Source: Nostoc sp. PCC 7120 = FACHB-418 (lineage in GTDB: Bacteria; Cyanobacteriota; Cyanobacteriia; Cyanobacteriales; Nostocaceae). Taken from it: a DNA stretch of 32,000 nucleotides. The stretch lies in assembly GCF_000009705.1 (NCBI RefSeq), contig NC_003272.1, forward strand, positions 5,760,001 through 5,792,000, given 5' to 3'. The position numbers were made by a program, and so were the translations under genes. Positions 8,957 through 17,858 of the stretch are shown piece by piece (position 1 is the first letter of the stretch; each line of letters starts with the position of its first letter). Below the pieces are notes generated by a model. The model made no database searches and was not told the DNA's origin. It was given only the letters and a program-made list of their open reading frames with translations.

Positions 8957-10399
8957 ATGAATCCTCACAAAACAAAAGCTTGGGAAGAAGTTCGGACTAC
9001 TTTTAAAGAAATTTGGGGTTACGAAGATTTCCGACCGCCACAGGGAGAAATTGTTAGCAGTTTATTAGCCCAAAAAGATGCAATTATAATCATGCCTACC
9101 GGGGGTGGTAAGTCAATTTGTTTTCAATTACCTGCACTACTACAAACAGGTTTAACTTTGGTAGTTTCCCCGTTGGTGGCGTTGATGGAAAATCAAGTGC
9201 AAGAACTAATCCAACGCCAACAAAAAGCAGCACTTTTGCATAGTGAGTTGTCCACATTTCAACGCCGGACAACTCTACAAGCATTAGAAAAACAACAGCT
9301 AAGATTACTATATTTATCTCCCGAAACTTTATTAAGTCCACCAGTTTGGGAAAGATTATGTCAGCCGCAATTGCAAATAAATGGACTAATTTTAGATGAA
9401 GCCCATTGTTTAGTGCAGTGGGGTGAAACATTTCGCCCGGCTTACCGCAGGCTAGGGGCTGTTAGACCTGCATTACTCAAACATAAACCACCAGGAACCA
9501 AAATCAGCATTGCTGCGTTTACGGCTACGGCTGACCCCTCTGCACAACAAACTATTCAAACAGTTTTACAATTACAGCAACCAGATATTTTTCGCCTCAA
9601 TCCTTACCGTCCTAATTTGCATCCCACTGTCCGCATTGCTTGGACACCAAAGGGTAGGAAACAGCATTTAATTAAATTTATTCAACATCGACCCCAACAA
9701 GCAGGATTAATCTATGTCCGCACAAGGCGAGATAGTGAAGATTTAGCTGCATGGTTGTCACAGATGGGTTACGCCACAGCTAGTTATCATGCTGGATTAG
9801 GTGCAACAGAACGCCGGGAAGTAGAAGCCAAGTGGTTAGGCGGAAAAATTCCGTTTGTGGTGTGTACTTGTGCTTTTGGAATGGGGATTAACAAGCCTGA
9901 TGTGCGCTGGGTTATCCATTATCACGCACCGCACCTATTGTCTGAATATGTGCAAGAAATTGGTCGCGCAGGAAGGGATGGTAAACCAGCCGAGGCGCTG
10001 ACTTTGGTGAGTGAACCTACAGGGTGGCTAGACCCAGATGATAAACAAAGACAGCAATTTTTTCAAGAGAAAATGCGATCGCAACAACAAAAAGCCCAAC
10101 AACTCATAAAAAAACTACCACAACAAGGTGAAATCAACGCTGTAACTAAACAATTTCCTGATAGTGCTGTAGCTCTAGCTTTACTTCATAGTAGTGGGCA
10201 ATTAAACTGGCTTGACCCATTCAATTACAAAATAGAATACAAAACCAAAAGTCAGCCATCAACACAATTAAACGCTACTAAACAGATGACTCAATATTTA
10301 AATACTAAACAATGTCGCTGGCAATTTTTATTAAATGCTTTTGGATTTGCTAAAGAAGCAAATAACTGGCGTTGCGGACATTGCGATAATTGCCGTTAA
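8957..10399 (+). CDS. recQ: RecQ family ATP-dependent DNA helicase (short form ending at the Zn-binding motif, with no HRDC)
   Basis: 480 aa. Motifs are FRPPQ, PTGGGKS (Walker A), DEAHC (DEAH box) and QEIGRAGRDG. The C-terminus has a Cys cluster, CRWQFLL...CGHCDNC. Confidence 0.85.
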   Translation: MNPHKTKAWEEVRTTFKEIWGYEDFRPPQGEIVSSLLAQKDAIIIMPTGGGKSICFQLPALLQTGLTLVVSPLVALMENQVQELIQRQQKAALLHSELSTFQRRTTLQALEKQQLRLLYLSPETLLSPPVWERLCQPQLQINGLILDEAHCLVQWGETFRPAYRRLGAVRPALLKHKPPGTKISIAAFTATADPSAQQTIQTVLQLQQPDIFRLNPYRPNLHPTVRIAWTPKGRKQHLIKFIQHRPQQAGLIYVRTRRDSEDLAAWLSQMGYATASYHAGLGATERREVEAKWLGGKIPFVVCTCAFGMGINKPDVRWVIHYHAPHLLSEYVQEIGRAGRDGKPAEALTLVSEPTGWLDPDDKQRQQFFQEKMRSQQQKAQQLIKKLPQQGEINAVTKQFPDSAVALALLHSSGQLNWLDPFNYKIEYKTKSQPSTQLNATKQMTQYLNTKQCRWQFLLNAFGFAKEANNWRCGHCDNCR

Positions 10400-10421
10400 T
10401 GGTTTCATCCAAGACTACAGA

Positions 10422-11036
10422 TCAAGGTAATTTCTCCCAAAGTGAAATCCAATTGCTGATTTCTTTAGTAGGAATAATTTTTCTATTTTCGTATAATATT
10501 TTAATAATACGTAACCGATGTTTAACATCTTTTAAATCCCTAATATTTTCCAAATTAGCATCAAAATAATTTTGGCTATCATCTGGATTATTCTTTGACA
10601 AAACATCTCTCCAAGCTGTTGCTTTAATCAATGCTTCCTCGTAGGAAAACTTCAACTTACTAAAAAACCAGTTCAAAACCTGTTTAACATCTAAGATTGT
10701 ATGACCAGAAATGTTACCGATTTTTATTATCATATATGCTCTCAAAGACATTGAAGAAGATAAATATCTATCGGAAAATTTATGATTTTTTCTGGCTAAA
10801 TAATCATAAATTGAAATAGATATTTCTGCCCAAGCAAGGCTACATAAATGGTCTTTATTAGATGTACAAACAAGTTCCTGAGCATTGAAAGTACAAATTT
10901 CTGCTAATCCAAGCCAGTTAAAGTTCTCTGGCACTTGCTCTTGTTCTAACAGAACACTTTTTAGCCAAGATTGTACCTGCTCTATGTCTTGTTGGAGTAG
11001 AGTTTTTAACAAGTTTGCTGCTTCAATTTTATTCAT
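10422..11036 (-). CDS. Hypothetical protein (AT-rich orphan, predicted all-helical)
   Basis: 204-aa ORF with an ATG start, 53 nt downstream of the Uma2 gene and co-directional with it. I recognise no motif. Its G+C is clearly lower than its neighbours, roughly one third by my hand count of the first 100 nt. Confidence 0.55.
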   Translation of the reverse strand: MNKIEAANLLKTLLQQDIEQVQSWLKSVLLEQEQVPENFNWLGLAEICTFNAQELVCTSNKDHLCSLAWAEISISIYDYLARKNHKFSDRYLSSSMSLRAYMIIKIGNISGHTILDVKQVLNWFFSKLKFSYEEALIKATAWRDVLSKNNPDDSQNYFDANLENIRDLKDVKHRLRIIKILYENRKIIPTKEISNWISLWEKLP

Positions 11037-11089
11037 ACTTGCTCATAGAGCAGACATCAAAAATTCTTACAATTTATCTACAGATAATT

Positions 11090-11677
11090 TTATGTATTCC
11101 TTTCTCCTACTGTAAGTATTTGCTCTGCTGTTAGGTTTAATTCAGGAAAAATATGGGAAACAATTAATGTATTTCCTGTAAATATACTTTCTTCATAAAG
11201 CCCATCGACTAATGTCAGTAGAGTAATCATGCCTTTTTGGGGGTCAACAATCCAATATTCAGCAATTCCCCTAGCAGCATACTCAGAACGTTTGTAGCGA
11301 TAGTCACGGTCTTCATTAGCTTTACCTGGAGAAACAACTTCGACCACTAAAGCTGGCGGCGGCATATCTAAGGTAATAGTGGATCTAGTAGCCCCTTTTA
11401 AAGCTTTTGCTAGTTCTTCTGTTAATATCACTAGGTCAGGAACGCGAGTTGTAGCACGAGAACCACATACGACAATTTCAGCTTTGTTACTTACTCGATT
11501 GACAGGAACGAACTTGAGGAAATTTACCAGTAAAAACAGAGATATTTGTACATTTATTGGGCTTTCAGGAGGCATTTCAATTAATTCTCCTGCTACCAGT
11601 TCATACTGGCGATCGCTGCCATTGTCATATTTCAAATATTCCTCAAGCGTTAATTGTTGGCTGGTGATTGAGGTCAT
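11090..11677 (-). CDS. Uma2 family (DUF820) PD-(D/E)xK endonuclease-like protein
   Basis: 195 aa. Has TLEEYLKYD...YELVAGELIEMPPES, a PDLVIL...LVVEVVSPG...K nuclease-like core, and a GIAEYWIVD tail typical of Uma2. Confidence 0.8.
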   Translation of the reverse strand: MTSITSQQLTLEEYLKYDNGSDRQYELVAGELIEMPPESPINVQISLFLLVNFLKFVPVNRVSNKAEIVVCGSRATTRVPDLVILTEELAKALKGATRSTITLDMPPPALVVEVVSPGKANEDRDYRYKRSEYAARGIAEYWIVDPQKGMITLLTLVDGLYEESIFTGNTLIVSHIFPELNLTAEQILTVGERNT

Positions 11678-11780
11678 ATTGTCTAAAGCTAATTTGCATA
11701 ATGGTATTTTAACTAATCAAAATGTTGCTGTTAGCTAATACTATATAAAATACATATTTTGTGAGATTTACACAGTAACA

Positions 11781-11803
11781 GTGGTGGGCAATGCCCACCA
11801 TAC
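11781..11803. repeat. Dispersed palindromic repeat gtggtgggcaatgcccaccatac
   Basis: Same GGTGGGCAATGCCCACC core as at 758..778. It lies between the pheS stop and the Uma2 start. Confidence 0.7.
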
Positions 11804-11824
11804 GAATGCTCTTTTCTGAGTTTT

Positions 11825-12817
11825 TCAGAACTGACGCAAAAACCGTAAGTCACTAGCATATAAACGACGAATATCATCGATTTGGTGTAGCACCATTGCG
11901 AAACGTTCTACACCAAAACCAGCCGCAAAGCCAGTGTAAATTTCTGGGTTATAACCTACAGATTTCATCACATTGGGATCGACCATACCGCAACCCATGA
12001 CTTCCAACCAGCGCCCATTCCACTGCAAATCTACCTCAGCCGAGGGTTCGGTAAAGGGGAAGTAACTGGCGCGGAAACGAATTGGCAAATCACCAAACAT
12101 AGCTTGCAAAAACACCTTAATAGTGCCTTTGAGGTCGGTAAAAGTTAGTCCCTCATCAATGGCTAACAGTTCGATTTGATGGAAAACTGCCGAGTGGGTG
12201 GCATCTACATTATCTCGCCGATAAACTCGCCCAGGAGCCACAATGTGAATTGGTGGTTCCTCTTTTTCCATATAACGAATTTGCACCGATGAGGTGTGAG
12301 TACGCAGGAGATTACCGTCTGGGAGGTAGAAAGTATCCTGCATATCACGGGCAGGGTGGTCTGGTGGGGTGTTGAGCGCCTCAAAATTGTAGTAATCCGT
12401 CTCCATTTCCAACCCTTGCGCCACCGTGTAGCCCAAGCCCACAAAAACATCTAGCGCCCGGTCAATAATGCCATTTAGGGGGTGAATACGTCCTTGAGGC
12501 TTGTAAATACCAGGCATAGTGACATCAAGCGTTTCCGCGTCTAACTGTGCCTGAATTTGGGCAGATTCTAAAGATTCCCGTTGCTTGTCTAAACTAGCTT
12601 GTAGGGCTTCCTTAACCGTATTGGCGATCGCTCCAATTTTCGGTCTTTCCTCCGCACTCATCTGCCCCATACTCCGCAACAAAGCCCCCAATTGCCCTTT
12701 CTTGCCCAGATAACTAACTCTGAGTTCTTCCAGACGTTCGAGGGTATCGGCGGCGGCGATCGCCTGTTCTCCTTCCTGCCGCAGTGCTAAAAGTTGAGCT
12801 TCTAAGTTGCTAGTCAT
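11825..12817 (-). CDS. pheS: Phenylalanine--tRNA ligase alpha subunit
   Basis: 330 aa. Has the class II aaRS core ([40 protein letters not shown]). Confidence 0.97.
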   Translation of the reverse strand: MTSNLEAQLLALRQEGEQAIAAADTLERLEELRVSYLGKKGQLGALLRSMGQMSAEERPKIGAIANTVKEALQASLDKQRESLESAQIQAQLDAETLDVTMPGIYKPQGRIHPLNGIIDRALDVFVGLGYTVAQGLEMETDYYNFEALNTPPDHPARDMQDTFYLPDGNLLRTHTSSVQIRYMEKEEPPIHIVAPGRVYRRDNVDATHSAVFHQIELLAIDEGLTFTDLKGTIKVFLQAMFGDLPIRFRASYFPFTEPSAEVDLQWNGRWLEVMGCGMVDPNVMKSVGYNPEIYTGFAAGFGVERFAMVLHQIDDIRRLYASDLRFLRQF

Positions 12818-12826
12818 TATTTATTA

Positions 12827-12860
12827 GTCAGTGGTCAGTGGTCAGTGGTCGGTGGTCAGT
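12827..12860. repeat. STRR-type tandem heptamer array, about 4.5 copies of GTGGTCA
   Basis: gtcagtggtcagtggtcagtggtcggtggtcagt, immediately upstream of the pheS start codon. Confidence 0.85.
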
Positions 12861-13010
12861 AGCAAAAAATAAACAACTGACAAAGGACAATTAACATTAG
12901 CAATGTGGCATTAATGAGTCAACGCCACACCTTAAAACCGTACTTCTGTTTACCAGTTTAAAGGCGATCAGGCATAGGTGCTGAAAGTCAAAAGACAAAA
13001 ATAGCTATTG

Positions 13011-13038
13011 ACAACTGACAACTAACCACTGACCACTA
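13011..13038. repeat. STRR-type tandem heptamer array (ACAACTG ACAACTA ACCACTG ACCACTA)
   Basis: Four heptamers ending 5 nt before the surE ATG. The array is partly the reverse complement of the one at 12827..12860, sharing the 13-nt block agtggtcagtggt. Confidence 0.85.
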
Positions 13039-13042
13039 AACT

Positions 13043-13840
13043 ATGAAATTACTGATTAGCAATGATGACGGCATTTCCGCTTTAGGTATTCGTACCTTGG
13101 CTAACGCCTTAGCCGAGGCGGGTCATGATGTAACCGTAGTTTGTCCAGACAGAGAGCGATCGGCTACTGGTCATGGACTGACTTTACACCAACCGATTCG
13201 CGCCGAAATTGTCGAGTCAATTTTTCATCCCGCTATTAAAGCTTGGGCTTGTGATGGTACTCCCTCCGATTGCGTGAAACTGGCACTTTGGGCTTTACTA
13301 GAGTCTCCCCCCGATTTAGTCCTCTCTGGGATTAATCAAGGTGCTAATTTAGGCACAGAAATTTTGTATTCTGGTACGGTTTCTGCCGCAATGGAAGGAA
13401 TGATTGAAGGCATTCCCAGCATCGCTTTTAGCCTCACTAGCCACATTTCCAGAAATTTTCAGCCTGCGGCAAAGTTTGCCACCATTTTAGTAGAACAACT
13501 CGCTGCCAAACCCATACCAGATTTGATGTTACTGAACGTTAATATCCCCCCTGTGGAATGGGAAGAAATCGCTGGCGTTAAACTCACACGCCAAGGAGTG
13601 CGGCGCTACGTCGATGTTTTCGACAAGCGCACCGATCCTCGTGGTAAAACTTACTACTGGTTAACTGGAGAAGTTTTAGAGGAAGTGGAACCCCCAGAAG
13701 GTTTAAATCTGCCGCAAAATGTACCCATTGATGTCCATGTAGTTAGAAATAACTACATAAGTATTACTCCACTGCAATACAACCTCACCTACGCCACCGG
13801 CATAGATAAATTATCTGATTGGGATTTTCCCTTGTCTTAA
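13043..13840 (+). CDS. surE: 5'/3'-nucleotidase SurE
   Basis: 265 aa. Has the N-terminal [11 protein letters not shown] motif and GINQGANLG and [11 protein letters not shown] motifs. Confidence 0.95.
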   Translation: MKLLISNDDGISALGIRTLANALAEAGHDVTVVCPDRERSATGHGLTLHQPIRAEIVESIFHPAIKAWACDGTPSDCVKLALWALLESPPDLVLSGINQGANLGTEILYSGTVSAAMEGMIEGIPSIAFSLTSHISRNFQPAAKFATILVEQLAAKPIPDLMLLNVNIPPVEWEEIAGVKLTRQGVRRYVDVFDKRTDPRGKTYYWLTGEVLEEVEPPEGLNLPQNVPIDVHVVRNNYISITPLQYNLTYATGIDKLSDWDFPLS

Positions 13841-13851
13841 ATTCCCCGACA

Positions 13852-14026
13852 GTTGTGTTGCACTGGGTGTAGGAGTGTAGGGGTTAGTGAAATGATTATT
13901 CTCTCGTTAGTCTGAAAGTCATGACTCACTGCTTAGTAAAAAACATACACTTGTGAGAATCCCCAGTCCTCAATCCCCAGTACCCAGTCCCCAGCCTTCA
14001 ATCCTCAATCCCCAGTGCAACACAAC
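13852..14026. repeat. 175-bp element bounded by perfect 16-bp inverted repeats and containing a CCCCAGT (STRR1-type) heptamer array
   Basis: gttgtgttgcactggg (13852..13867) is the exact reverse complement of cccagtgcaacacaac (14011..14026). The interior at 13961..14016 reads ccccagt cctcaat ccccagt acccagt ccccagc cttcaat cctcaat ccccagt. Confidence 0.8.
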
Positions 14027-14262
14027 AAAATTTAGGCTATAAAGTTATGAGCATTCTTGCTATTAGTGATACATAAATGCTGGGAATAATGAGGTAAACG
14101 CCTTGTAGTACCTCACCTGGTTGACAACATCTACCGAAAACAAAGTATGCTGTTTTACCAACAACTCTATTCTCTATCTCCTACGGTAAAACAGTATAAA
14201 TTTCACAAAACAAGTAACACACTTGTGAGTAAATAGCCCGCTCAGTCCAGCAGAAAATACCC

Positions 14263-15159
14263 ATGTCAAGGATAGAGAACCAATTTACTGTGCAATTTTG
14301 GGGCGTTCGTGGCAGCATCCCCTGTCCTGGCCCACATACAGTCCGCTATGGTGGTAATACACCTTGTGTTGAGATGCAGGTGGCAGGTAAACGCCTAATT
14401 TTTGATGGTGGTACAGGGCTGCACGTTTTGGGGCAATCTTTATTGCGCCAAATGCCTATAGAAGCTTACCTGTTTTTCACTCATTCCCACTGGGATCATA
14501 TGCAGGGTTTTCCCTTCTTTGTTCCGGGGTTTGTGAAAGGGAATAATTTTCATATCTATGGTGCGATCGCTCCTGATGGTTCCACTGTGGAACAACGGCT
14601 CAACGATCAAATGCTCCACCCTAATTTTCCCGTACCTTTGCAGATCATGCAAGCCAACCTGCATTTTCACGACGTGCAACCAGGGCTGCCAATCCATATC
14701 AATGATATTACCATCGAAACAGCAGCCCTTAACCATCCTGGTGAAGCTGTAGGATACCGAGTTAACTGGCGTGGTGGCGCAGCCGTTTACATTACAGATA
14801 CAGAACATTTTCCAGATAAATTGGATGAAAATGTCCTGAGGTTAGCTAAAAATGCAGATATTCTAATTTACGATTCCACCTACACTGATGAGGAATATCA
14901 TTGTGCCAAATCCCCGAAAATTGGTTGGGGGCATTCGACTTGGCAAGAGGCTGTCAAAATAGCAAAGGCGGCTAATGTCAAGACTTTAGGCATTTTTCAC
15001 CATGATCCTGCCCATGATGATGATTTCTTAGATCAGGTCGGCGCGCAAGCATTTGCCCAGTTTTCTGGGGCAATTATGGCGCGGGAAGGAATGGTACTCC
15101 AGGTTCCTGTATCTGTTCCCTTATCAGAATCTTTTCCCGTTAGTAATGTTTCCGCGTAA
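14263..15159 (+). CDS. MBL-fold metallo-hydrolase
   Basis: 298 aa. Has the THSHWDH metal-binding motif and downstream D/H ligands (ITDTEH, FHHDP). Confidence 0.8.
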   Translation: MSRIENQFTVQFWGVRGSIPCPGPHTVRYGGNTPCVEMQVAGKRLIFDGGTGLHVLGQSLLRQMPIEAYLFFTHSHWDHMQGFPFFVPGFVKGNNFHIYGAIAPDGSTVEQRLNDQMLHPNFPVPLQIMQANLHFHDVQPGLPIHINDITIETAALNHPGEAVGYRVNWRGGAAVYITDTEHFPDKLDENVLRLAKNADILIYDSTYTDEEYHCAKSPKIGWGHSTWQEAVKIAKAANVKTLGIFHHDPAHDDDFLDQVGAQAFAQFSGAIMAREGMVLQVPVSVPLSESFPVSNVSA

Positions 15160-15288
15160 AAGTTGCACTCGGAGTAATTGTAGATTTTAGATTAGATTGG
15201 TGATTAGGAACTGTCAGCGCCAGAGAGTACCTGTAAGGTATTGTGCGACGAGCTGATAGTTAAATAAACCTCAAATCCCAAAATCCAA

Positions 15289-16377
15289 GTGCTAAATCTG
15301 TCTCAAAATGGGTGTTCTGTGTGGGTTGCTTCTTCAACTGAAATGGTTCTCACGCCAACGGCTGTTGCTCTTGGTAAGTTTGATGGAGTGCATCTTGGCC
15401 ATCAAAGGGTCATTCAACCAGTTTTGCAGTCAACCAGGAGCGCACAAACATGGGGAGATGCACTAGACTCATCAGCCCAATCAGCAAACCCTCCAGCAGC
15501 ACCACAAGAACGGATATACTCCACAGTTGTCACTTTTCGTCCTCATCCCCAAGAGTTCTTTACAGGACAAGCCCGTACTTGGTTAACTCCTCTAGATGAA
15601 AAAGTACAACAATTGCGATCGCTTGGGGTAGATCAACTAGTACTACTACCCTTTGACAAAGAATTAACTGCTTTGTCGCCGGAAGAGTTTGTCGAAAAAA
15701 TCCTTGTGCAACAACTACGCTGTCAACGAATTAGCGTCGGGCAAGATTTTTGTTTTGGCAAACAGCGCCGTGGTACCGCCAAGGACTTGCAGTTAATTGC
15801 AGCCAAATACCATATTCCTGTTAGCATAGTTCCTTTACAAACTTCTGATGGGCAATTTCTGGAAGATGGCAACTGTGGAAGCTTTGAGTCTCTAGAAGAT
15901 GCTCCTATTAGTACCTCATTAATTCGCCAAGCTCTAGAAACGGGCGATATCAAAACTGCCAACAGATTCTTAGGAAGACCCTACATTCTCATTGGCGTAG
16001 TCGTTGAAGGCGAACAACTTGGTAGAACCATTGGTTTTCCTACAGCCAACCTGGAGCTACCAAAAGATAAGTTTGTCCCCCGTCAAGGAGTTTACGCCGT
16101 CCGTGTCAAAATTCTCGGTGAGAGTGCAGATGCTAATATACCACTGGAAATTTTGGGGGTGATGAATATTGGCAACCGTCCCACAGTTAATGGTACTTAT
16201 TCATCAGTAGAAGTGTATCTTCTTGATTGGTCTGGGGATTTATATGGTAAAGAACTAGCCGTGCAGTTAGTGGACTTTCTGCGACCAGAACAAAAATTTC
16301 CGTCTCTAGAAGCCTTAAAAGCACAAATTCAACAAGACTGCACTGTCGCTAGACAAATTTTGTCAAGGGAGAATTGA
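15289..16377 (+). CDS. ribF: Bifunctional riboflavin kinase / FMN adenylyltransferase
   Basis: Has GKFDGVHLGHQ (the HxGH-type nucleotidyltransferase motif) and a C-terminal riboflavin kinase region (GFPTANL...GVYAV...NIGNRPT...EVYLLD). The true start may be the in-frame GTG at 15319 (VWVASSTE...). Confidence 0.9.
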   Translation: MLNLSQNGCSVWVASSTEMVLTPTAVALGKFDGVHLGHQRVIQPVLQSTRSAQTWGDALDSSAQSANPPAAPQERIYSTVVTFRPHPQEFFTGQARTWLTPLDEKVQQLRSLGVDQLVLLPFDKELTALSPEEFVEKILVQQLRCQRISVGQDFCFGKQRRGTAKDLQLIAAKYHIPVSIVPLQTSDGQFLEDGNCGSFESLEDAPISTSLIRQALETGDIKTANRFLGRPYILIGVVVEGEQLGRTIGFPTANLELPKDKFVPRQGVYAVRVKILGESADANIPLEILGVMNIGNRPTVNGTYSSVEVYLLDWSGDLYGKELAVQLVDFLRPEQKFPSLEALKAQIQQDCTVARQILSREN

Positions 16378-16472
16378 GAATATTTTGAACATCTACACCC
16401 TAGTATCCTGAATATTTTTGCTCCAAACCATTGATTTTTCGTGTTCATGGGTAAATTTTACAGACCTTGGAA

Positions 16473-16510
16473 GTCAGAATTCAGAATAAATTTTGAATTT
16501 TGAATTTTGA
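16473..16510. repeat. Tandem heptamers: two copies of TCAGAAT, then about three of TTTTGAA
   Basis: tcagaattcagaataaattttgaattttgaattttga, about 205 nt upstream of the moxR start. Confidence 0.8.
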
Positions 16511-16715
16511 CTAGCCTAAGTGGGAACACTGTAAATACAGGAGTGGAGAATAAGGCATAGGTTATTCTCCATTCCAGTTTCTTAATATTAGGACTGACAC
16601 ACGAAGAATGGATTTGGTCACGAGTATAGGTGTTCACAACCCTTACACCCTTAAACCCTTACACCCCTTCTCTTGCATAAGTCCTGCCATACCCTAATCC
16701 CCGACCCTGTGGTGC

Positions 16716-17624
16716 ATGAGAGAAAAAATTGACGCTTTAACCCAAAATCTGAACCGTACCATTGTTGGCAAAACCGAGGCTATACGCTTAGTGTTAGTGG
16801 CACTTATAGGCGGCGGTCATGCCTTACTAGAAGATGTCCCTGGAGTTGGCAAAACTCTCTTGGCGAAATCTCTAGCTCGTTCTTTAGATGGAACGTTTCA
16901 ACGGCTGCAATGTACCCCTGATTTACTACCCACGGATATTACTGGCACTAATATTTGGAACCCCAAAAGCGGTGAATTCAGTTTTATGCCTGGGCCAGTG
17001 TTTGCCAATGTTGTCCTAGCAGACGAAATTAACCGCGCCACACCCCGGACTCAATCGGCGTTGCTGGAAGTGATGGAAGAACAACAGGTAACCGTTGATG
17101 GAGTTTCTCGCACAGTCCCCCATCCTTTTTTTGTGATTGCTACCCAAAACCCTGTTGAGTATCAGGGTACATTTCCTTTACCAGAAGCTCAAATGGACAG
17201 ATTTATGTTGTCTTTAAGCTTGGGCTATCCGGGTGTGGATGAAGAACTAGAAATGTTGCAAAATCTTCAGCATGGTATCAAGGTTGGCGATTTACAGCCT
17301 TGTCTGACCTTAGCAGAGGTGGCAGAATTACGAGACATCTGTTCTCAAGTCAAAGTAGAAACTGTTTTACAGCAATATATCCTCGAATTGGTCAGAGCTA
17401 CACGCCAAGACGAAGAAATTACTCTCGGTGTCAGTCCACGGGGTACTGTAGCGTTACACAAGGCTACCCAAGCATTAGCTTTTTTATTAGGGCGTGATTA
17501 TGCCATTCCTGACGATGTGAAATTTCTCGCTCCTCATGTCCTCTGCCATCGCCTGATTCCCAGGGGTGGACGTAGTGCTAGAAGTATAGTTGATAGGTTA
17601 TTGCGATCGCTACCTATTCCTTAA
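16716..17624 (+). CDS. MoxR family AAA+ ATPase
   Basis: 302 aa. Has Walker A (LEDVPGVGKT), Walker B (VLADEINRA), and the sensor and arginine regions typical of MoxR (ATQNPVE..G..PLPEAQ.DRF). Confidence 0.9.
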   Translation: MREKIDALTQNLNRTIVGKTEAIRLVLVALIGGGHALLEDVPGVGKTLLAKSLARSLDGTFQRLQCTPDLLPTDITGTNIWNPKSGEFSFMPGPVFANVVLADEINRATPRTQSALLEVMEEQQVTVDGVSRTVPHPFFVIATQNPVEYQGTFPLPEAQMDRFMLSLSLGYPGVDEELEMLQNLQHGIKVGDLQPCLTLAEVAELRDICSQVKVETVLQQYILELVRATRQDEEITLGVSPRGTVALHKATQALAFLLGRDYAIPDDVKFLAPHVLCHRLIPRGGRSARSIVDRLLRSLPIP

Positions 17625-17698
17625 TTTGCTTAAGTTTGATCGTGTTAGGATCGCCTACAAAACAAGGTGGATGACAAATGAAGGCGATTTAATTTAGT

Positions 17699-17726
17699 AG
17701 CAAAATTCAATTCAAAATTCAAAATT
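17699..17726. repeat. Tandem heptamers, about three copies of TTCAAAA, the reverse complement of the TTTTGAA array at 16491..16510
   Basis: gcaaaattcaattcaaaattcaaaatt, about 75 nt downstream of the moxR stop. Confidence 0.8.
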
Positions 17727-17858
17727 AATAATTTCTCATAACTCAGGACTCATAAACCCCTGCGGGTTCTCCGCAGGAGTACAGCACTCATAACTTGCTT
17801 AGGTACGTCTTATGATGGAGCTACAAGTGCCACATCTACGTATCTGGGAACGTGAGGA

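Noticed and set aside
12827-14016. Whether the tandem short repeats could be CRISPR arrays.
   Set aside because: The units are contiguous 7-nt repeats without spacers, and no cas genes are present. They fit STRR-type cyanobacterial heptamer arrays instead.
14440-14808. 122-aa minus-strand ORF and 64-aa plus-strand ORF inside the MBL-fold hydrolase gene. The same kind of ORF occurs at 11379..11738, 9096..9431, 12205..12450, 15723..15962, 22467..22908, 27068..27328 and 28389..29967.
   Set aside because: All overlap longer ORFs with clear family signatures, and none shows a recognisable motif.
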